The notes under the pieces are model-generated. The model ran no database searches, was not told the origin of the DNA, and saw only the letters and a list, made by a program, of their open reading frames with translations. DNA of 62,354 bases from a bacterium (GTDB lineage: Bacteria; UBP18; UBA7526): the NCBI GenBank assembly GCA_030619985.1, contig JAUXAI010000003.1, positions 1-62,354 on the forward strand, written 5' to 3'. Shown here one piece after another: positions 40,112-50,077 of this stretch (position 1 is its first letter; the number at the start of each line of letters is the position of its first letter). The position numbers and the translations under genes were made by a program.

Positions 40112-41032
40112 AATTTTTCTTGCTCTGGCAATATCCCTCTCTATCTGGGCCTTAAGGGCTTCTGGGTTTTTAAAAATGATTTCATCACGAATTTTTTCTA
40201 AGAAACCGACCTTTATATCTTGGCCATAGACTCTCCCATGGAAATCAAAGATATAGGCCTCAATAATTCTCGTCCCTCGCTTATGGAAGGTGGGTTGGGT
40301 TCCGATATTTAGAAGCCCATCCCAATCCCTTCCCCTCACTCTTATCCTCCCTAGATAGACCCCATCAGAGGGGATCATCTCATAGTGGGGCCTTATATTG
40401 GCTGTGGGGTAGCCCAACCCTTTCCCTCGGGATTCTCCACGAACTATCCGACCATAGAGGGTGTAGGGACGGCCCAGAAGTTTTGCCGCTTTCTTAACCG
40501 TCCCTCTTCTAATAAGTTCCCTTATTGCTGTGCTACTTATTGCCTTCTTGCCTATTTTTACCAGAGGAATGACCCTGACCTTGAAGCCATACTCTCTTGC
40601 TTTACTTCTCAAGAATGCTATATTGCCTATTGCTCCTTTTCCATAGGTGAAGTTCTTTCCCACGAATACTTCTCTTATGCTCAATTTACTGACCAGAATA
40701 TCTCTGATGAATTTCTCTGGTGAGAGGGAAGCAAATTTCCTATCAAAATTAGTCAGGACAAGGGTGTCTATTCCCAGATCTTGAATTAGATTTATCTTCT
40801 CCTCCTTTGGGGTAAGCAGGGGAGGGCACTTTGCTGGATCAATCGTTTTTAGCGGATGAATATCAAAGGTCAAAACAATTGATTTTTTCCTTAAGTCTTG
40901 GGCCCTTCTTTTTAGAGATTTGATTACCTTCTGATGGCCGAGATGGAGGCCATCAAATGTGCCCAGGGCAAGAATCCCTCTCTTATGCCTTTTCATTATC
41001 TTATCAATTCCAAGAACAAGTTCCATCCTCAA
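40097..41032 (-). CDS. ribF: Bifunctional riboflavin kinase/FAD synthetase
   Basis: GTFDGLHLGHQ, ISSTAIR, LGYPTAN. Confidence 0.96.
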   Translation of the reverse strand: MRMELVLGIDKIMKRHKRGILALGTFDGLHLGHQKVIKSLKRRAQDLRKKSIVLTFDIHPLKTIDPAKCPPLLTPKEEKINLIQDLGIDTLVLTNFDRKFASLSPEKFIRDILVSKLSIREVFVGKNFTYGKGAIGNIAFLRSKAREYGFKVRVIPLVKIGKKAISSTAIRELIRRGTVKKAAKLLGRPYTLYGRIVRGESRGKGLGYPTANIRPHYEMIPSDGVYLGRIRVRGRDWDGLLNIGTQPTFHKRGTRIIEAYIFDFHGRVYGQDIKVGFLEKIRDEIIFKNPEALKAQIERDIARARKILSFT

Positions 41033-41949
41033 CCGATAACCCTCATTGGTTTGAGGGATACAACCTCTTTTTCTATTCTTTTTAGATCTCCAATATCGAA
41101 TAGTGCTTTGGCGATTGCTAAGAGTGATTCTTTAGAATTATGGATCCTAACCAATTCTTTTCCTTTAATAGGTGAAGAAAGTTCCTGTATCCCAGAAGCC
41201 TCTATGGGCATCCCATTGAGAACAGATTCTCTTACCCTTTCTTTAACCTTCACTATCGGCAGATGCCCCAAGGCTTTATCCATACTCATTAGATATTTCT
41301 TTAAATTAGGTAGTTTCTTCAATTCTTCCAGGGTATGGCTTTCTTTCAAAGTAAAGATACCTGATTTAGTACGCACTAGATTTTTCAGGCAGGCCCCACA
41401 ACCTAGGGCTTTTCCCATATCATGACAGAGGGTCCTAATGTAGGTTCCTCTGGAGCAATTTATCTCAAAGATGATATCTGGCGGTTTATATTCTAAAAGA
41501 TTGAGATTATAAATTTTAACCTCTCTCTTTGGCCTTTCTACTTCCTTCCCTTTCCGGGCTAACTTATAAAGCCTCTCCCCCTTTACTTTCACTGCCGAGA
41601 CCATGGGTGGAATCTGCTCTATCTTTCCTAAAAAATTCTTGAGGACTTCCTTTATCCTTTTCTCTAGGACATTAATTTTTTCATTTTTAGCAATTATCTT
41701 GCCCGTTATATCCTGGGTATCGGTGGTGATCCCTAATCTCATGGTTGCCCGATATCCTTTTCCCTCTTCCAAAAACTGGATTATCTTGGTTGCCTTACCG
41801 ATGGCGATGGGAAGAACGCCAGTGGCCTCGGGATCCAGGGTTCCGGTATGACCCACCCTCTCCCCTAGAACTAATCTCCTTATCTCATCTACCACATCGT
41901 GAGAAGTCATGCCCTGCGGCTTATCGACATTTAGAAATCCATCCATCAT
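41029..41949 (-). CDS. truB: tRNA pseudouridine(55) synthase
   Basis: GHTGTLDPEATGVL, CSRGTYIRTL. Confidence 0.97.
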   Translation of the reverse strand: MMDGFLNVDKPQGMTSHDVVDEIRRLVLGERVGHTGTLDPEATGVLPIAIGKATKIIQFLEEGKGYRATMRLGITTDTQDITGKIIAKNEKINVLEKRIKEVLKNFLGKIEQIPPMVSAVKVKGERLYKLARKGKEVERPKREVKIYNLNLLEYKPPDIIFEINCSRGTYIRTLCHDMGKALGCGACLKNLVRTKSGIFTLKESHTLEELKKLPNLKKYLMSMDKALGHLPIVKVKERVRESVLNGMPIEASGIQELSSPIKGKELVRIHNSKESLLAIAKALFDIGDLKRIEKEVVSLKPMRVIG

Positions 41950-42911
41950 CTCAGCTGTTTCTCTACCTCAGCTAGCACCTTCTCCTTTACCTCCTCCAAA
42001 TCTCCCTTTATTGTGCAGGCAGAAGCACGAAGATGTCCTCCACCTCCAAATGTTTTGGCTATCCTATTAACATCGGCACTAGACTTGGAGCGGAAACTAA
42101 CTTTTACCTCATCCTTAGCAAGTTCAGTAAATAGAATGGCCACCTCACTCCCTTTCACAGAACGAACATAGTTGATGAAGTTCTCCGTCTCCGCTTTGGT
42201 AGTCCCGGTCTCCTTGAACATCTCATCGGTAATGGTCATCCAGGCTATTTGACCATCCTCGCTCCTTTCTAAGGTGTCTAAGGTCATGCTCAATAGCTTT
42301 ATGGCAGAGGGAAGCTGGGTCTCATATACCTGGTGGGTGATTTGAGCAGGCTTCAAATCCCCAATCTTCATAAGATCAGCAACGATCTCATGTGATCTCG
42401 ATGTGGTATTCGACTGCCGGAAGGAACCGGTATCTGTCAGGATGCCCACATAGAGGCATAGGGCAATCTCCCTATCTATCTTGAATCCTATCACTTTTGT
42501 CAGTTCATATATCTCTTCTCCCACGGCAGAAGCCTTAGTATTAACATAGTTATACTTTCCAAACTTTTTATTTCCCAGATGGTGATCGATATTTATGATG
42601 ACCTTTGCTTTCTTGATGGTCTCTTTAGTGCTCCCCAAACGAGAAAGTTCTGGACTATCCAGAACAAAGGCCACATCAAACTCTCTATTCTTGGGTAGTT
42701 CTTGCTTGATACTTTCTCTCCCGGAAAGAAAATCATAGGTTTTAGGGGCTGGATCATGGTTGGCGATGGTTACTTCCTTTCCTAATTTTTCCAGTATGCG
42801 CTTTAAGGCCAGTTGAGAGCCGATGGAATCCCCATCTGGCCTGATGTGAGAAGTAATGAAGAAACTCTCATTCTCTCTGATAACTTCGACAATCTTCTTT
42901 AGTTCATCCAT
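41946..42911 (-). CDS. nrnA: DHH-family oligoribonuclease/pAp phosphatase
   Basis: HIRPDGDSIGS, IDHH, TDTGSF, GGGGH. Confidence 0.92.
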   Translation of the reverse strand: MDELKKIVEVIRENESFFITSHIRPDGDSIGSQLALKRILEKLGKEVTIANHDPAPKTYDFLSGRESIKQELPKNREFDVAFVLDSPELSRLGSTKETIKKAKVIINIDHHLGNKKFGKYNYVNTKASAVGEEIYELTKVIGFKIDREIALCLYVGILTDTGSFRQSNTTSRSHEIVADLMKIGDLKPAQITHQVYETQLPSAIKLLSMTLDTLERSEDGQIAWMTITDEMFKETGTTKAETENFINYVRSVKGSEVAILFTELAKDEVKVSFRSKSSADVNRIAKTFGGGGHLRASACTIKGDLEEVKEKVLAEVEKQLR

Positions 42912-42931
42912 ACTTCTTCCACCTCATTAAA

Positions 42932-43078
42932 CGCGAATTTCTTTGGATTGCTTACTGTTTGGGTCTATAAACGCGAATTCTCGCGAATTTATTCGTGTAG
43001 ATTCGCGTCTTCTGTTATTCGTGTCTATTCGTGTTTGTTTATTGCGTCCTTGCTTTTCAGTTCGCGTTGATTCGTGTC
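42932..43078. repeat. Inverted CGCGAAT/ATTCGYG element overlapping the rbfA 3' end
   Basis: Pairs at 42972/42982, 42991/43001, 43017/43027, 43060/43070. Confidence 0.88.
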
Positions 43079-43414
43079 CCCTGCAATCTTTCTCAATACT
43101 TCCTCTATGTGTGTCCCATGCTCTATAGCTTCATCGAATCTAAACTCAATCTCTGGAGTGAACTTCATCTTTATTCTCTGTCCGATCTCCCTACGAATAA
43201 ATCCCTTGGCATGCTCCAGGCCTTCTAAGGTCTTCTCTTTGTTCTCTTTCTTTAAAACAGTAATAAATACCCTTGCGTAGCGCAGGTCATCAGTAACACT
43301 CACCCCAGTAACGGTAACAAATCCAATCCGAGGATCCTTTAATTCCCTCTGAATGATCTTTGAGATCTCTTCCTGAATGAGTCTTCCTGCCCGCTGGGCT
43401 CTTCTCCGCGTCAT
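43025..43414 (-). CDS. rbfA: Ribosome-binding factor A
   Basis: KDPRIGFVTVT, DLRYARVF, PEIEFRFD; ATG at 43414 after GGGAGG. Confidence 0.95.
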   Translation of the reverse strand: MTRRRAQRAGRLIQEEISKIIQRELKDPRIGFVTVTGVSVTDDLRYARVFITVLKKENKEKTLEGLEHAKGFIRREIGQRIKMKFTPEIEFRFDEAIEHGTHIEEVLRKIAGDTNQRELKSKDAINKHE

Positions 43415-43431
43415 ATCGCCTCCCAATTTCC

Positions 43432-43500
43432 CAGTAAGAAGTTAACAGTTTACAGTGTACAGTAAAAAAACTGGTTACTGTTCGCTGGTTACTGGTTACT
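43432..43500. repeat. Inverted CAGTAAC/GTTACTG heptamer element
   Basis: 43470-43494 is identical to 59061-59085 and the reverse complement of 33321-33345. Confidence 0.88.
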
Positions 43501-43782
43501 TTAGAAGATTTCTATCTCATAATCTGTAAGGGAGATATTTCTATTCTGCTCTATAAAATGGACTACCTTAGAAAGGATGCGATTTGCTTGGGCCTTATCA
43601 TTCGTCACACAGGCCAAGCCCAGAGTGGCTCTCTGCCAGAGATCCTGTTTTTCCACCTCAGCAATGGAGACGTTAAATCTATTCTTTACTCTCTCCTTTA
43701 TACTCTTGATGATCTGTCTCTTCCCTTTCAGGGAATTCACTCCCGGGATATGTAATTCAATTCGCGCTATGCCAATTATCAT
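43501..43782 (-). CDS. ylxP: DUF503 protein (YlxP-like)
   Basis: SLKGKRQIIKSIKERVKNRFNVSIAEV..QDLWQR; position between infB and rbfA. Confidence 0.88.
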   Translation of the reverse strand: MIIGIARIELHIPGVNSLKGKRQIIKSIKERVKNRFNVSIAEVEKQDLWQRATLGLACVTNDKAQANRILSKVVHFIEQNRNISLTDYEIEIF

Positions 43783-43786
43783 TAAT

Positions 43787-43839
43787 ATTCCCCTTCTTTC
43801 ATTCTCCCCTTCTCCCTATCTCCGTTTCCCCGTTTCCCT
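43787..43839. repeat. Pyrimidine-rich 8-mer tandem repeat (TTCTCCCC/GTTTCCCC-like)
   Basis: attctcccc ttctccct atctccg tttccccg tttccct. Confidence 0.65.
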
Positions 43840-45817
43840 ATTCACTGCGGGAAACCTCTTCCACCTTATAGGCCTCTATGATGTCTCCTTCTTTTATATC
43901 GTCAAAGTCTCCCAGACCGATGCCACACTCAAATCCTTCCTTCGCTTCCTTAACATCTTCCTTAAAACGCTTAAGGGAATTAATGTTTCCCTCATAGATT
44001 ACCTTCCCTTCCCTGATGAGTCTCACCTTGGCGTTCCTTATCATGTTCCCTTCTTTTACATAAGAGCCGGCAATCATTCCTTTAGGAATTTTGAATATCT
44101 GGCGTACCTCTGCCCTTCCCAAGATTATTTCTTTTAGCTTGGGGGCAAGCATTCCCTTCATGGCCTTCTTGACATCCTCTATTGCTTCATAGATGACGTC
44201 ATAGGTTCGGATGTCAACGTTCTCCCCGGAAGCCAGGCTTTGGGCACCAGGTGAACTTTCGACATGAAAACCGATAATCACAGCATCCGAGGCTGAGGCT
44301 AAGATAACATCCGATTCATTGATTGCCCCCACCCCCCTATGGATGACGTTTACCCTCACCTCTGCACTCGATAAAGATTCGAGGGAATCGCTCAGGGCTT
44401 CAATGGAACCCTGGACATCCCCCTTAATGACGAGAGAGAGTTCTTTCAATCTTCCTTCCTCTATCTGCCTATAGAGACCCTCCAGGCTAATGTGGGCTGG
44501 TTTGGCTAATTCTAAAGCCTTTGCTTTCTCCCGCCTCTTCTCTGCTATCTCACGCGCCTTAGTCTCGTCTTTCACCATCTCAAAGGTATCCCCTGCCTGG
44601 GGAACTTCAGAGAGACCAGAGACCTCAACTGGTATAGAAGGTCCGGCCTCTTCCACTTCTCTCCCTAGATCGTCGGCTAATGTTCTCACCTTCCCAGAAT
44701 AGTCTCCAACCGCCAGGATGTCCCCCACCCTCAGGGTTCCGCTCTGGACTAAAACTGTGGCCACCGGCCCCTTTCCTTTATCCAGTCGGGCTTCGATGAC
44801 CGTCCCTTTTGCGGGAAGGGTGGGATCGGCCTTCAATTCCAGCATCTCCGCTTCCAATAAGAGCATCTCCAATAATTCATCGATACCCTTCTTCTCCTTA
44901 GCAGAGACCTTAACCACAATGGTCTTCCCTCCCCATTCCTCAAACGTCAGATTATAATCCCTCAGCTGCCTCTTTACTCTTTCCGGATCAGCATTGGGTA
45001 GGTCGCACTTATTTATGGCAACTACTATGGGTACTTTTGCTGCCCGGGCATGGTCGATGGCCTCTACGGTTTGGGGCATGATCCCATCATCTGCAGCCAC
45101 CACCAGAACAACGATGTCCGTCACCTGTGCCCCCCTGGCTCGCATGGCAGTGAAGGCCTCGTGGCCCGGGGTATCTAAAAAGGTTACTTTACCCTTTTTC
45201 AATTCCACTTCATAGGCTCCGATATGCTGGGTGATTCCTCCCGCTTCCTGGGCAATGATGTTGCTCTCTCTTATGGCATCCAGAAGAAGGGTCTTTCTAT
45301 GGTCCACATGGCCCATGATGGTAACCACTGGTGGACGAGGAATTAATCTCTTTCCTTTCTCTATTTCTTTGGGGATGACCTTCTTCTTTGCTACCGGTAA
45401 GGCTTCAATAACGAATCCATACTCAAAGGCCACCCTATTGGCAGTGGCAACATCTAAAGATTGATTGATGGTCGCCATTATTCCGACACTCATTAATTTC
45501 TTTATTAGTTCGCTTACCTTTATTTTCATCTTTTGGGCTAATTCCCCAACCGTGATCGTCTCCTCAATCTTAATCACCTCTTTTGGTTTCTCCTCTACTG
45601 GTGGCTTCTCAATAATCTTCTCTACCTTCTCTGCTATTTCTGGGGCAGGCTTCTCCTTCTCCTCTATCTTGGCAATGACCTTCGCTATCTCTTCTTTAAT
45701 GAGAACGCTCATATGGCTCTTCACTTCAATCTCTAGTTCTTTCAATAGGGCAAGGAGTTCCTTACTGGTCATCCCTAACTCCCGAGCCAGTTCATATACC
45801 TTCATTCTCTCAACCAT
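43838..45817 (-). CDS. infB: Translation initiation factor IF-2
   Basis: [42 protein letters not shown]. Confidence 0.97.
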   Translation of the reverse strand: MVERMKVYELARELGMTSKELLALLKELEIEVKSHMSVLIKEEIAKVIAKIEEKEKPAPEIAEKVEKIIEKPPVEEKPKEVIKIEETITVGELAQKMKIKVSELIKKLMSVGIMATINQSLDVATANRVAFEYGFVIEALPVAKKKVIPKEIEKGKRLIPRPPVVTIMGHVDHRKTLLLDAIRESNIIAQEAGGITQHIGAYEVELKKGKVTFLDTPGHEAFTAMRARGAQVTDIVVLVVAADDGIMPQTVEAIDHARAAKVPIVVAINKCDLPNADPERVKRQLRDYNLTFEEWGGKTIVVKVSAKEKKGIDELLEMLLLEAEMLELKADPTLPAKGTVIEARLDKGKGPVATVLVQSGTLRVGDILAVGDYSGKVRTLADDLGREVEEAGPSIPVEVSGLSEVPQAGDTFEMVKDETKAREIAEKRREKAKALELAKPAHISLEGLYRQIEEGRLKELSLVIKGDVQGSIEALSDSLESLSSAEVRVNVIHRGVGAINESDVILASASDAVIIGFHVESSPGAQSLASGENVDIRTYDVIYEAIEDVKKAMKGMLAPKLKEIILGRAEVRQIFKIPKGMIAGSYVKEGNMIRNAKVRLIREGKVIYEGNINSLKRFKEDVKEAKEGFECGIGLGDFDDIKEGDIIEAYKVEEVSRSE

Positions 45818-45836
45818 AGTATTCCTCCCTCAATTC

Positions 45837-45991
45837 AGTTGATAAGTTGACAAGTTAATAAGAAAACATCTGGTTACGGTTAGGGTTAAGTTGTTAGTTT
45901 GGTTGTTAGGTTAGGTAGTTGGTCTTTACACACCTTTCCCTTGCCTAACTACCAAACCCACTACCTTACTTTAACCTAACTACATAACCTG
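45837..45991. repeat. AGTTGATA 8-mers (45837-45860) plus hexamer-periodic inverted element copy B (45878-45991)
   Basis: Copy B aligns with 37384-37500; the 8-mers are the reverse complement of the family at 36423-36450. Confidence 0.88.
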
Positions 45992-46000
45992 CGTCGATTA

Positions 46001-47257
46001 TTAACTGCTGACTTTTTTCTCTTCTGTTTCCCCTATCAAATCCTTTGCTGCTTTTAGGATTTTTTCGGCAGTCTTCTTTCCAATTCCTTTAACCTTTGTC
46101 AAATCTTCCATTTTACTTTGGGCAATATCAACTACGTTCTTAAAACCTGCTTCCTCTAAAGCCTTAGCACTCTTTTCTCCTACGCCTGGTAGTTCAGTCA
46201 ACTTTATCTTTGCCTTCTCTTCCAAGGCCTTTTCTTCCGGGCTCTTGAGATCTATCTTCCATCCAGTCAGTTTTGCTGCCAGGCGAACGTTCTGTCCTTT
46301 TTTACCAATGGCCAGGGAGAGCTTATCCTTGGGAACGATGACCTCCATCCCCCCCTCTTCCTTGTGGACGATAACTTCCTGCACCTGGGCGGGCTTTAGG
46401 GCGCTTGAGACAAAGGCAACCGCATCCTCATTATAGGGGATGATGTCGACCTTCTCTCCTCTTAGTTCCTGGATGATGGAGTTCACCCTTGCTCCCCTGG
46501 TTCCCACACAGGAGCCCACAGCATCGACATTGGCATCCTTTGAGAAGACGGCGATTTTCGTCCTCCCTCCTGCCTCCCGGGCGATATTTTTTATCTCAAC
46601 AATCTTCTCATATACCTCAGGGACCTCTAATTCAAATAATCTCCTCACCAGTCCCGGATGGGTCCTGGAGAGTATGATCTGGGGTCCCCTCGGGGTTCTC
46701 TTTACATTCAGGATATAGGTCTTTATCCTATCCCCGTATCTATAATCCTCACCCCAGGTTTGCTCCCTTACGGGCAGGATGGCCTCTATTTTTCCTAAGG
46801 TCACGATTACTGTTTTATGTTCACTGCGCTGGACGATTCCCGTAATAATATCTCCCTCCCTCTCTTTAAACTCTTGGTATATCTTCTCCCTCTCCGCCTC
46901 CCTTATTCTCTGAGTAACCACCTGCTTTGCCGTCTGGACGGCAATCCTCCCAAACTCCTTGGGGGTGATCTCTACCTCTATCTCCTGATTCAACCTCACC
47001 TTCTTCTTTATTCTCTTGGCCTCTTCCTTCCCTATCTCTATCCTGGGATCCTCTATTTCCTTAACCACTCTTTTTTTGACCAGTACCCTCAGTCTTCCGG
47101 TATCTGGACTAATATCGATGGTTACATTCTCACTGGAACCGAAGTGCTTCTTATAGGCAGAAAGGAGAGCGGAGCGTAGGGCCTCAACAATGATCCCCAG
47201 CTCTATTTCCTTCTCCTTCCTTATCTCGTCCATTAATCCCTTCAACTCAACACTCAT
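46001..47257 (-). CDS. nusA: Transcription factor NusA with C-terminal helix-hairpin-helix domain
   Basis: FGRIAVQTAKQ, AREAGGRTKIAV, AIGKKGQNVRLA. Confidence 0.97.
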   Translation of the reverse strand: MSVELKGLMDEIRKEKEIELGIIVEALRSALLSAYKKHFGSSENVTIDISPDTGRLRVLVKKRVVKEIEDPRIEIGKEEAKRIKKKVRLNQEIEVEITPKEFGRIAVQTAKQVVTQRIREAEREKIYQEFKEREGDIITGIVQRSEHKTVIVTLGKIEAILPVREQTWGEDYRYGDRIKTYILNVKRTPRGPQIILSRTHPGLVRRLFELEVPEVYEKIVEIKNIAREAGGRTKIAVFSKDANVDAVGSCVGTRGARVNSIIQELRGEKVDIIPYNEDAVAFVSSALKPAQVQEVIVHKEEGGMEVIVPKDKLSLAIGKKGQNVRLAAKLTGWKIDLKSPEEKALEEKAKIKLTELPGVGEKSAKALEEAGFKNVVDIAQSKMEDLTKVKGIGKKTAEKILKAAKDLIGETEEKKVSS

Positions 47258-47273
47258 TCTCTCTTATTCTCCC

Positions 47274-47332
47274 TTCGTGTAGTTTCGTGTGTCATTTTAT
47301 TTATTCTTCTTTACCCTTCGTGTTTATTCGTG
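47274..47332. repeat. TTCGTG pairs (two 10-bp-spaced pairs) overlapping the rimP stop
   Basis: Copies at 47274/47284 and 47317/47327. Confidence 0.75.
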
Positions 47333-47776
47333 TAAATTGGCTTTGGCTATATTCTTTATCGGAATCTCTATAATCTTGCCTTCCTTTGTTTCCAAGGCAA
47401 CCCGTTCCTCTTTATAATCCTTCAGGGTTCCCACAAATCTCTTCTGATTATCGATGGGTGAGAAGGTCTTGACCTTAATTAATCTTCCTATAAACCTCTT
47501 AAAATCCTTTTCTCTCTTCAACGGTCTATCCAGGCCAGGAGAAGAGACCTCCAAGAGATAATGACCCCTTATAATATCAGTTCTATCTATGATAGGCTCT
47601 ATTCTTTGACTCAACCTTTCGCAGTCGTCTATCTTAATTCCACCAGGCTTATCAATGTAGAGGCGTAGTATACCCCTACCCTTTCCCATTTTGTACTCAA
47701 TATCTACCAACTCCATCCCCTCTTCTTCTAGAATAGGGAGAACCAGCCTCTCCACTTCCTCTCTCACTTTTCCCAT
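47324..47776 (-). CDS. rimP: Ribosome maturation factor RimP
   Basis: LRLYIDKPGGI.IDDC, LEVSSPGLDRPL; ATG at 47776 after GGAGGA. Confidence 0.95.
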   Translation of the reverse strand: MGKVREEVERLVLPILEEEGMELVDIEYKMGKGRGILRLYIDKPGGIKIDDCERLSQRIEPIIDRTDIIRGHYLLEVSSPGLDRPLKREKDFKRFIGRLIKVKTFSPIDNQKRFVGTLKDYKEERVALETKEGKIIEIPIKNIAKANLHE

Positions 47777-47791
47777 CGCCATTCCTCCAAA

Positions 47792-47840
47792 TTTCTGTTT
47801 TCCTCTGTGTTCTCTATTATTTCTCTGTGACCTTTGTGGT
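47792..47840. repeat. CTCTGTG-type repeats in the rimP 5' UTR
   Basis: ctctgtgtt...ctctgtgac ctttgtggt. Confidence 0.6.
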
Positions 47841-47870
47841 AAAAGAAAGGAGTGGGTTAAGCCCACTCCT
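47841..47870 (-). terminator. rimP leader terminator-like hairpin
   Basis: Minus strand AGGAGTGGG-CTTAA-CCCACTCCT-TTCTTTT downstream of the promoter. Confidence 0.75.
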
Positions 47871-47895
47871 AAGAAGCAAATCCTAAGGTTATAAT

Positions 47896-47924
47896 ACTAT
47901 AGCACAGATACATCTAAAATGCAA
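47896..47924 (-). promoter_or_regulatory. Putative promoter of the rimP-nusA-infB operon
   Basis: TTGCAT-17 bp-TATAGT with extended -10 TG. Confidence 0.65.
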
Positions 47925-47932
47925 GAAAAATT

Positions 47933-49642
47933 TTACATCTCACGTAAAGACCTGATTTTAGGAATGAGGTCTTTTTTATCGATTTCGTGGACTTTGTTGT
48001 TCTTGCGGATTTTTATTTCGATTTTATTTCCTTTTATTGCCTTGTTGCCGATGGTGATTCTAAGGGGGATACCCATTAAGTCAGCGTCCTTGAACTTCGC
48101 TCCAGCCCTCAAGTCTCTATCATCGAGAAGGATTTCTATCCCCTCTTTCTCTAAAGAATTATAGACCTTTTCTGCTATTTTGATTTGTCTCTTATCCTGG
48201 TTATTTACGATTAAAACTAAAACCTGATAAGGGGCAATTGAAAGCGGCCAGATGATTCCATTTTCATCATGATTCTGTTCTATGCTAGCAGCCATTATCC
48301 TATCCAGACCGATGCCGTAGCAGCCCATGATCATGGGTTTCTCTTTTCCTTTCTCATCCAAGAAGGTAGCCTTCAAAACCTGGGAATATTTGGTTCCCAG
48401 TTTGAAGACATGGCCCACCTCAATCCCTCGGGAGAAGGTAAGTTTTGTCTTACACTTAGGGCAGAGATCTTCGGGAATGACACTCCTTATATCCAAGATC
48501 CTATCTACCTTGAAGTCCCGGTCGATATTGATATTGATCAAGTGGTAATCCTTCTCATTGGCCCCACTAATCATATTCTTCATACTGGCTACATCAGAAT
48601 CAGCAATAATCTTAATCTTCAGTCCCACCGGGCCACTAAATCCTAAAGAAGCACTGGTTACTTTCTCAATGGTCTTTTCATCTGCTAAGAGAATTTCCTT
48701 CGCTTTCAGTAACTTCTCCAATCTTCTCTCGTTTACCCCATGGTCTCCTCTAATTAGAATGGCAATTGGCTTTCCATCTACCTTATAGATCAGGGTCTTC
48801 ACCAGATCCTTCGGCTTGCACTTCAAGAATCCAGTCACCTCTTCTACGCTCTTCATCCCCGGTGTCTTCACCTTCTTTAATGGTTTTTCTTTTACCGATG
48901 ACTGGTGACCGGTGACCGGTGACCGGTGATATTCTGCCCGATTAACATTCGCCGCATAGCCACACTTCTTGCAGTAGACTATTTGGTCCTCTCCTGTCTT
49001 GGCTAAGACCATGAACTCATGGGAGACATCCCCACCGATAGGGCCAGTATCTGCTTCCACCGCCTTATACTTCAGTCCGCACCTATCGAAGATATTTTGA
49101 TATGTCTGATACATTTTCTTATAATTCTTCTCCAGGTCCTTTTCATTCCTATCGAAGGAATAGGCGTCCTTCATATGGAACTCCCGGGCCCTCATCATCC
49201 CGAAACGAGGCCTTATCTCATCCCGGAACTTGGTCTGGATCTGATAGAGAGTAAGAGGAAGCTGTCTATAGGATTTTACCTCCCTTCTTGCCAAATCAGT
49301 GATTACCTCTTCATGGGTCGGTCCCAAACCGAATAATCTATTATGCCTATCCTTTATTCTCATAAGTTCCGGACCATAGACCTCCCATCTTCCGCTCTCT
49401 TCCCATAATTCCTGAGGGCTCAATGTGGGAAGGAGGACCTCTTGGGCTCCCGTCTTATTCATCTCTTCCCGTATGATATTTTCTATCTTTCTTATCACTC
49501 TATAGCCCAGAGGGAGATAGGTATATATTCCAGAGGCCAATTTTCTCATCAGCCCTGCCCGGATCATAAGTTTATGGCTTACAATCTTCGCCTCTTTCGG
49601 TGCTTCCTTCAATGTAGGAAACAACCCTTTTGACATTCTCAT
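47933..49642 (-). CDS. proS: Proline--tRNA ligase (bacterial type with INS editing domain)
   Basis: LGPTHEE, QTKFRDEIRPRFG, IEVGHVFKLG, MGCYGIG. Confidence 0.98.
   Translation of the reverse strand: MRMSKGLFPTLKEAPKEAKIVSHKLMIRAGLMRKLASGIYTYLPLGYRVIRKIENIIREEMNKTGAQEVLLPTLSPQELWEESGRWEVYGPELMRIKDRHNRLFGLGPTHEEVITDLARREVKSYRQLPLTLYQIQTKFRDEIRPRFGMMRAREFHMKDAYSFDRNEKDLEKNYKKMYQTYQNIFDRCGLKYKAVEADTGPIGGDVSHEFMVLAKTGEDQIVYCKKCGYAANVNRAEYHRSPVTGHQSSVKEKPLKKVKTPGMKSVEEVTGFLKCKPKDLVKTLIYKVDGKPIAILIRGDHGVNERRLEKLLKAKEILLADEKTIEKVTSASLGFSGPVGLKIKIIADSDVASMKNMISGANEKDYHLININIDRDFKVDRILDIRSVIPEDLCPKCKTKLTFSRGIEVGHVFKLGTKYSQVLKATFLDEKGKEKPMIMGCYGIGLDRIMAASIEQNHDENGIIWPLSIAPYQVLVLIVNNQDKRQIKIAEKVYNSLEKEGIEILLDDRDLRAGAKFKDADLMGIPLRITIGNKAIKGNKIEIKIRKNNKVHEIDKKDLIPKIRSLREM
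48894..48928. repeat. In-frame heptamer repeat (ACCGGTG-like x5) inside proS
   Basis: accgatg actggtg accggtg accggtg accggtg; encodes HRSPVTGHQSSV. Confidence 0.9.
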
Positions 49643-49668
49643 AATAATCTCCCAATAGTCTCTTTTTC

Positions 49669-49712
49669 GTTGATCAGTTGAGTCAGTTAAGCCCGTTTGG
49701 ACAGTTTGGCCC
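49669..49712. repeat. 3' repeat arm of the four-helix-bundle element (GTCAGTT-like on +)
   Basis: gttgatca gttgagtca gttaagccc gtttggaca gtttggccc. Confidence 0.75.
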
Positions 49713-50064
49713 GTAGATAACGGGTGAGGCCATCTATCAACTTTCTTGTCTTCTCTGCCTGCTGATATACCTTCTCAAATTGTTCTTTGCTAATGTAATT
49801 CTGATCTAAGGCAATGTATAAACAAGATTGAACCTCTCCAGTCGATCTTCTAGCATAGTTTAAAAACCTTATGAATTCTCTATTCGACTGACTAGTGAAT
49901 CCTTCTGCGATATTATTCATTGTTGAAATGGCTGCTCCAGTAGTTTGGCCCTGAAGTCGATAATCCTTAGAAAATAGTTTCTGCTTAACTAGATCGTAAA
50001 CCATCTTTGTTAAAATCCTTGCTTCCTGCCAACACTGTAGATCTTCAAATCTCTTAATCTTCAT
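49687..50064 (-). CDS. Four helix bundle protein (23S rRNA intervening-sequence protein family, Avd-like fold)
   Basis: RFEDLQCWQEA, DYRLQGQ, STMNNIAEG, EFIRFLNYARRSTGEVQSCLYIALDQNYI are characteristic family motifs. Confidence 0.92.
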   Translation of the reverse strand: MKIKRFEDLQCWQEARILTKMVYDLVKQKLFSKDYRLQGQTTGAAISTMNNIAEGFTSQSNREFIRFLNYARRSTGEVQSCLYIALDQNYISKEQFEKVYQQAEKTRKLIDGLTRYLRAKLSKRA

Positions 50065-50077
50065 CCCATCACTTTCT

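Noticed and set aside
1502-47866. Long N-terminal extensions called for the DUF3108-like gene, CgeB-like GT, rpsO, rbfA and rimP
   Set aside because: They run through repeats or leaders; downstream ATGs give family-typical N-termini and, for rpsO, rbfA and rimP, have good SD spacing.
49687-50064. Diversity-generating retroelement suggested by the Avd-like fold
   Set aside because: No reverse transcriptase and no template/variable repeat pair in the window.
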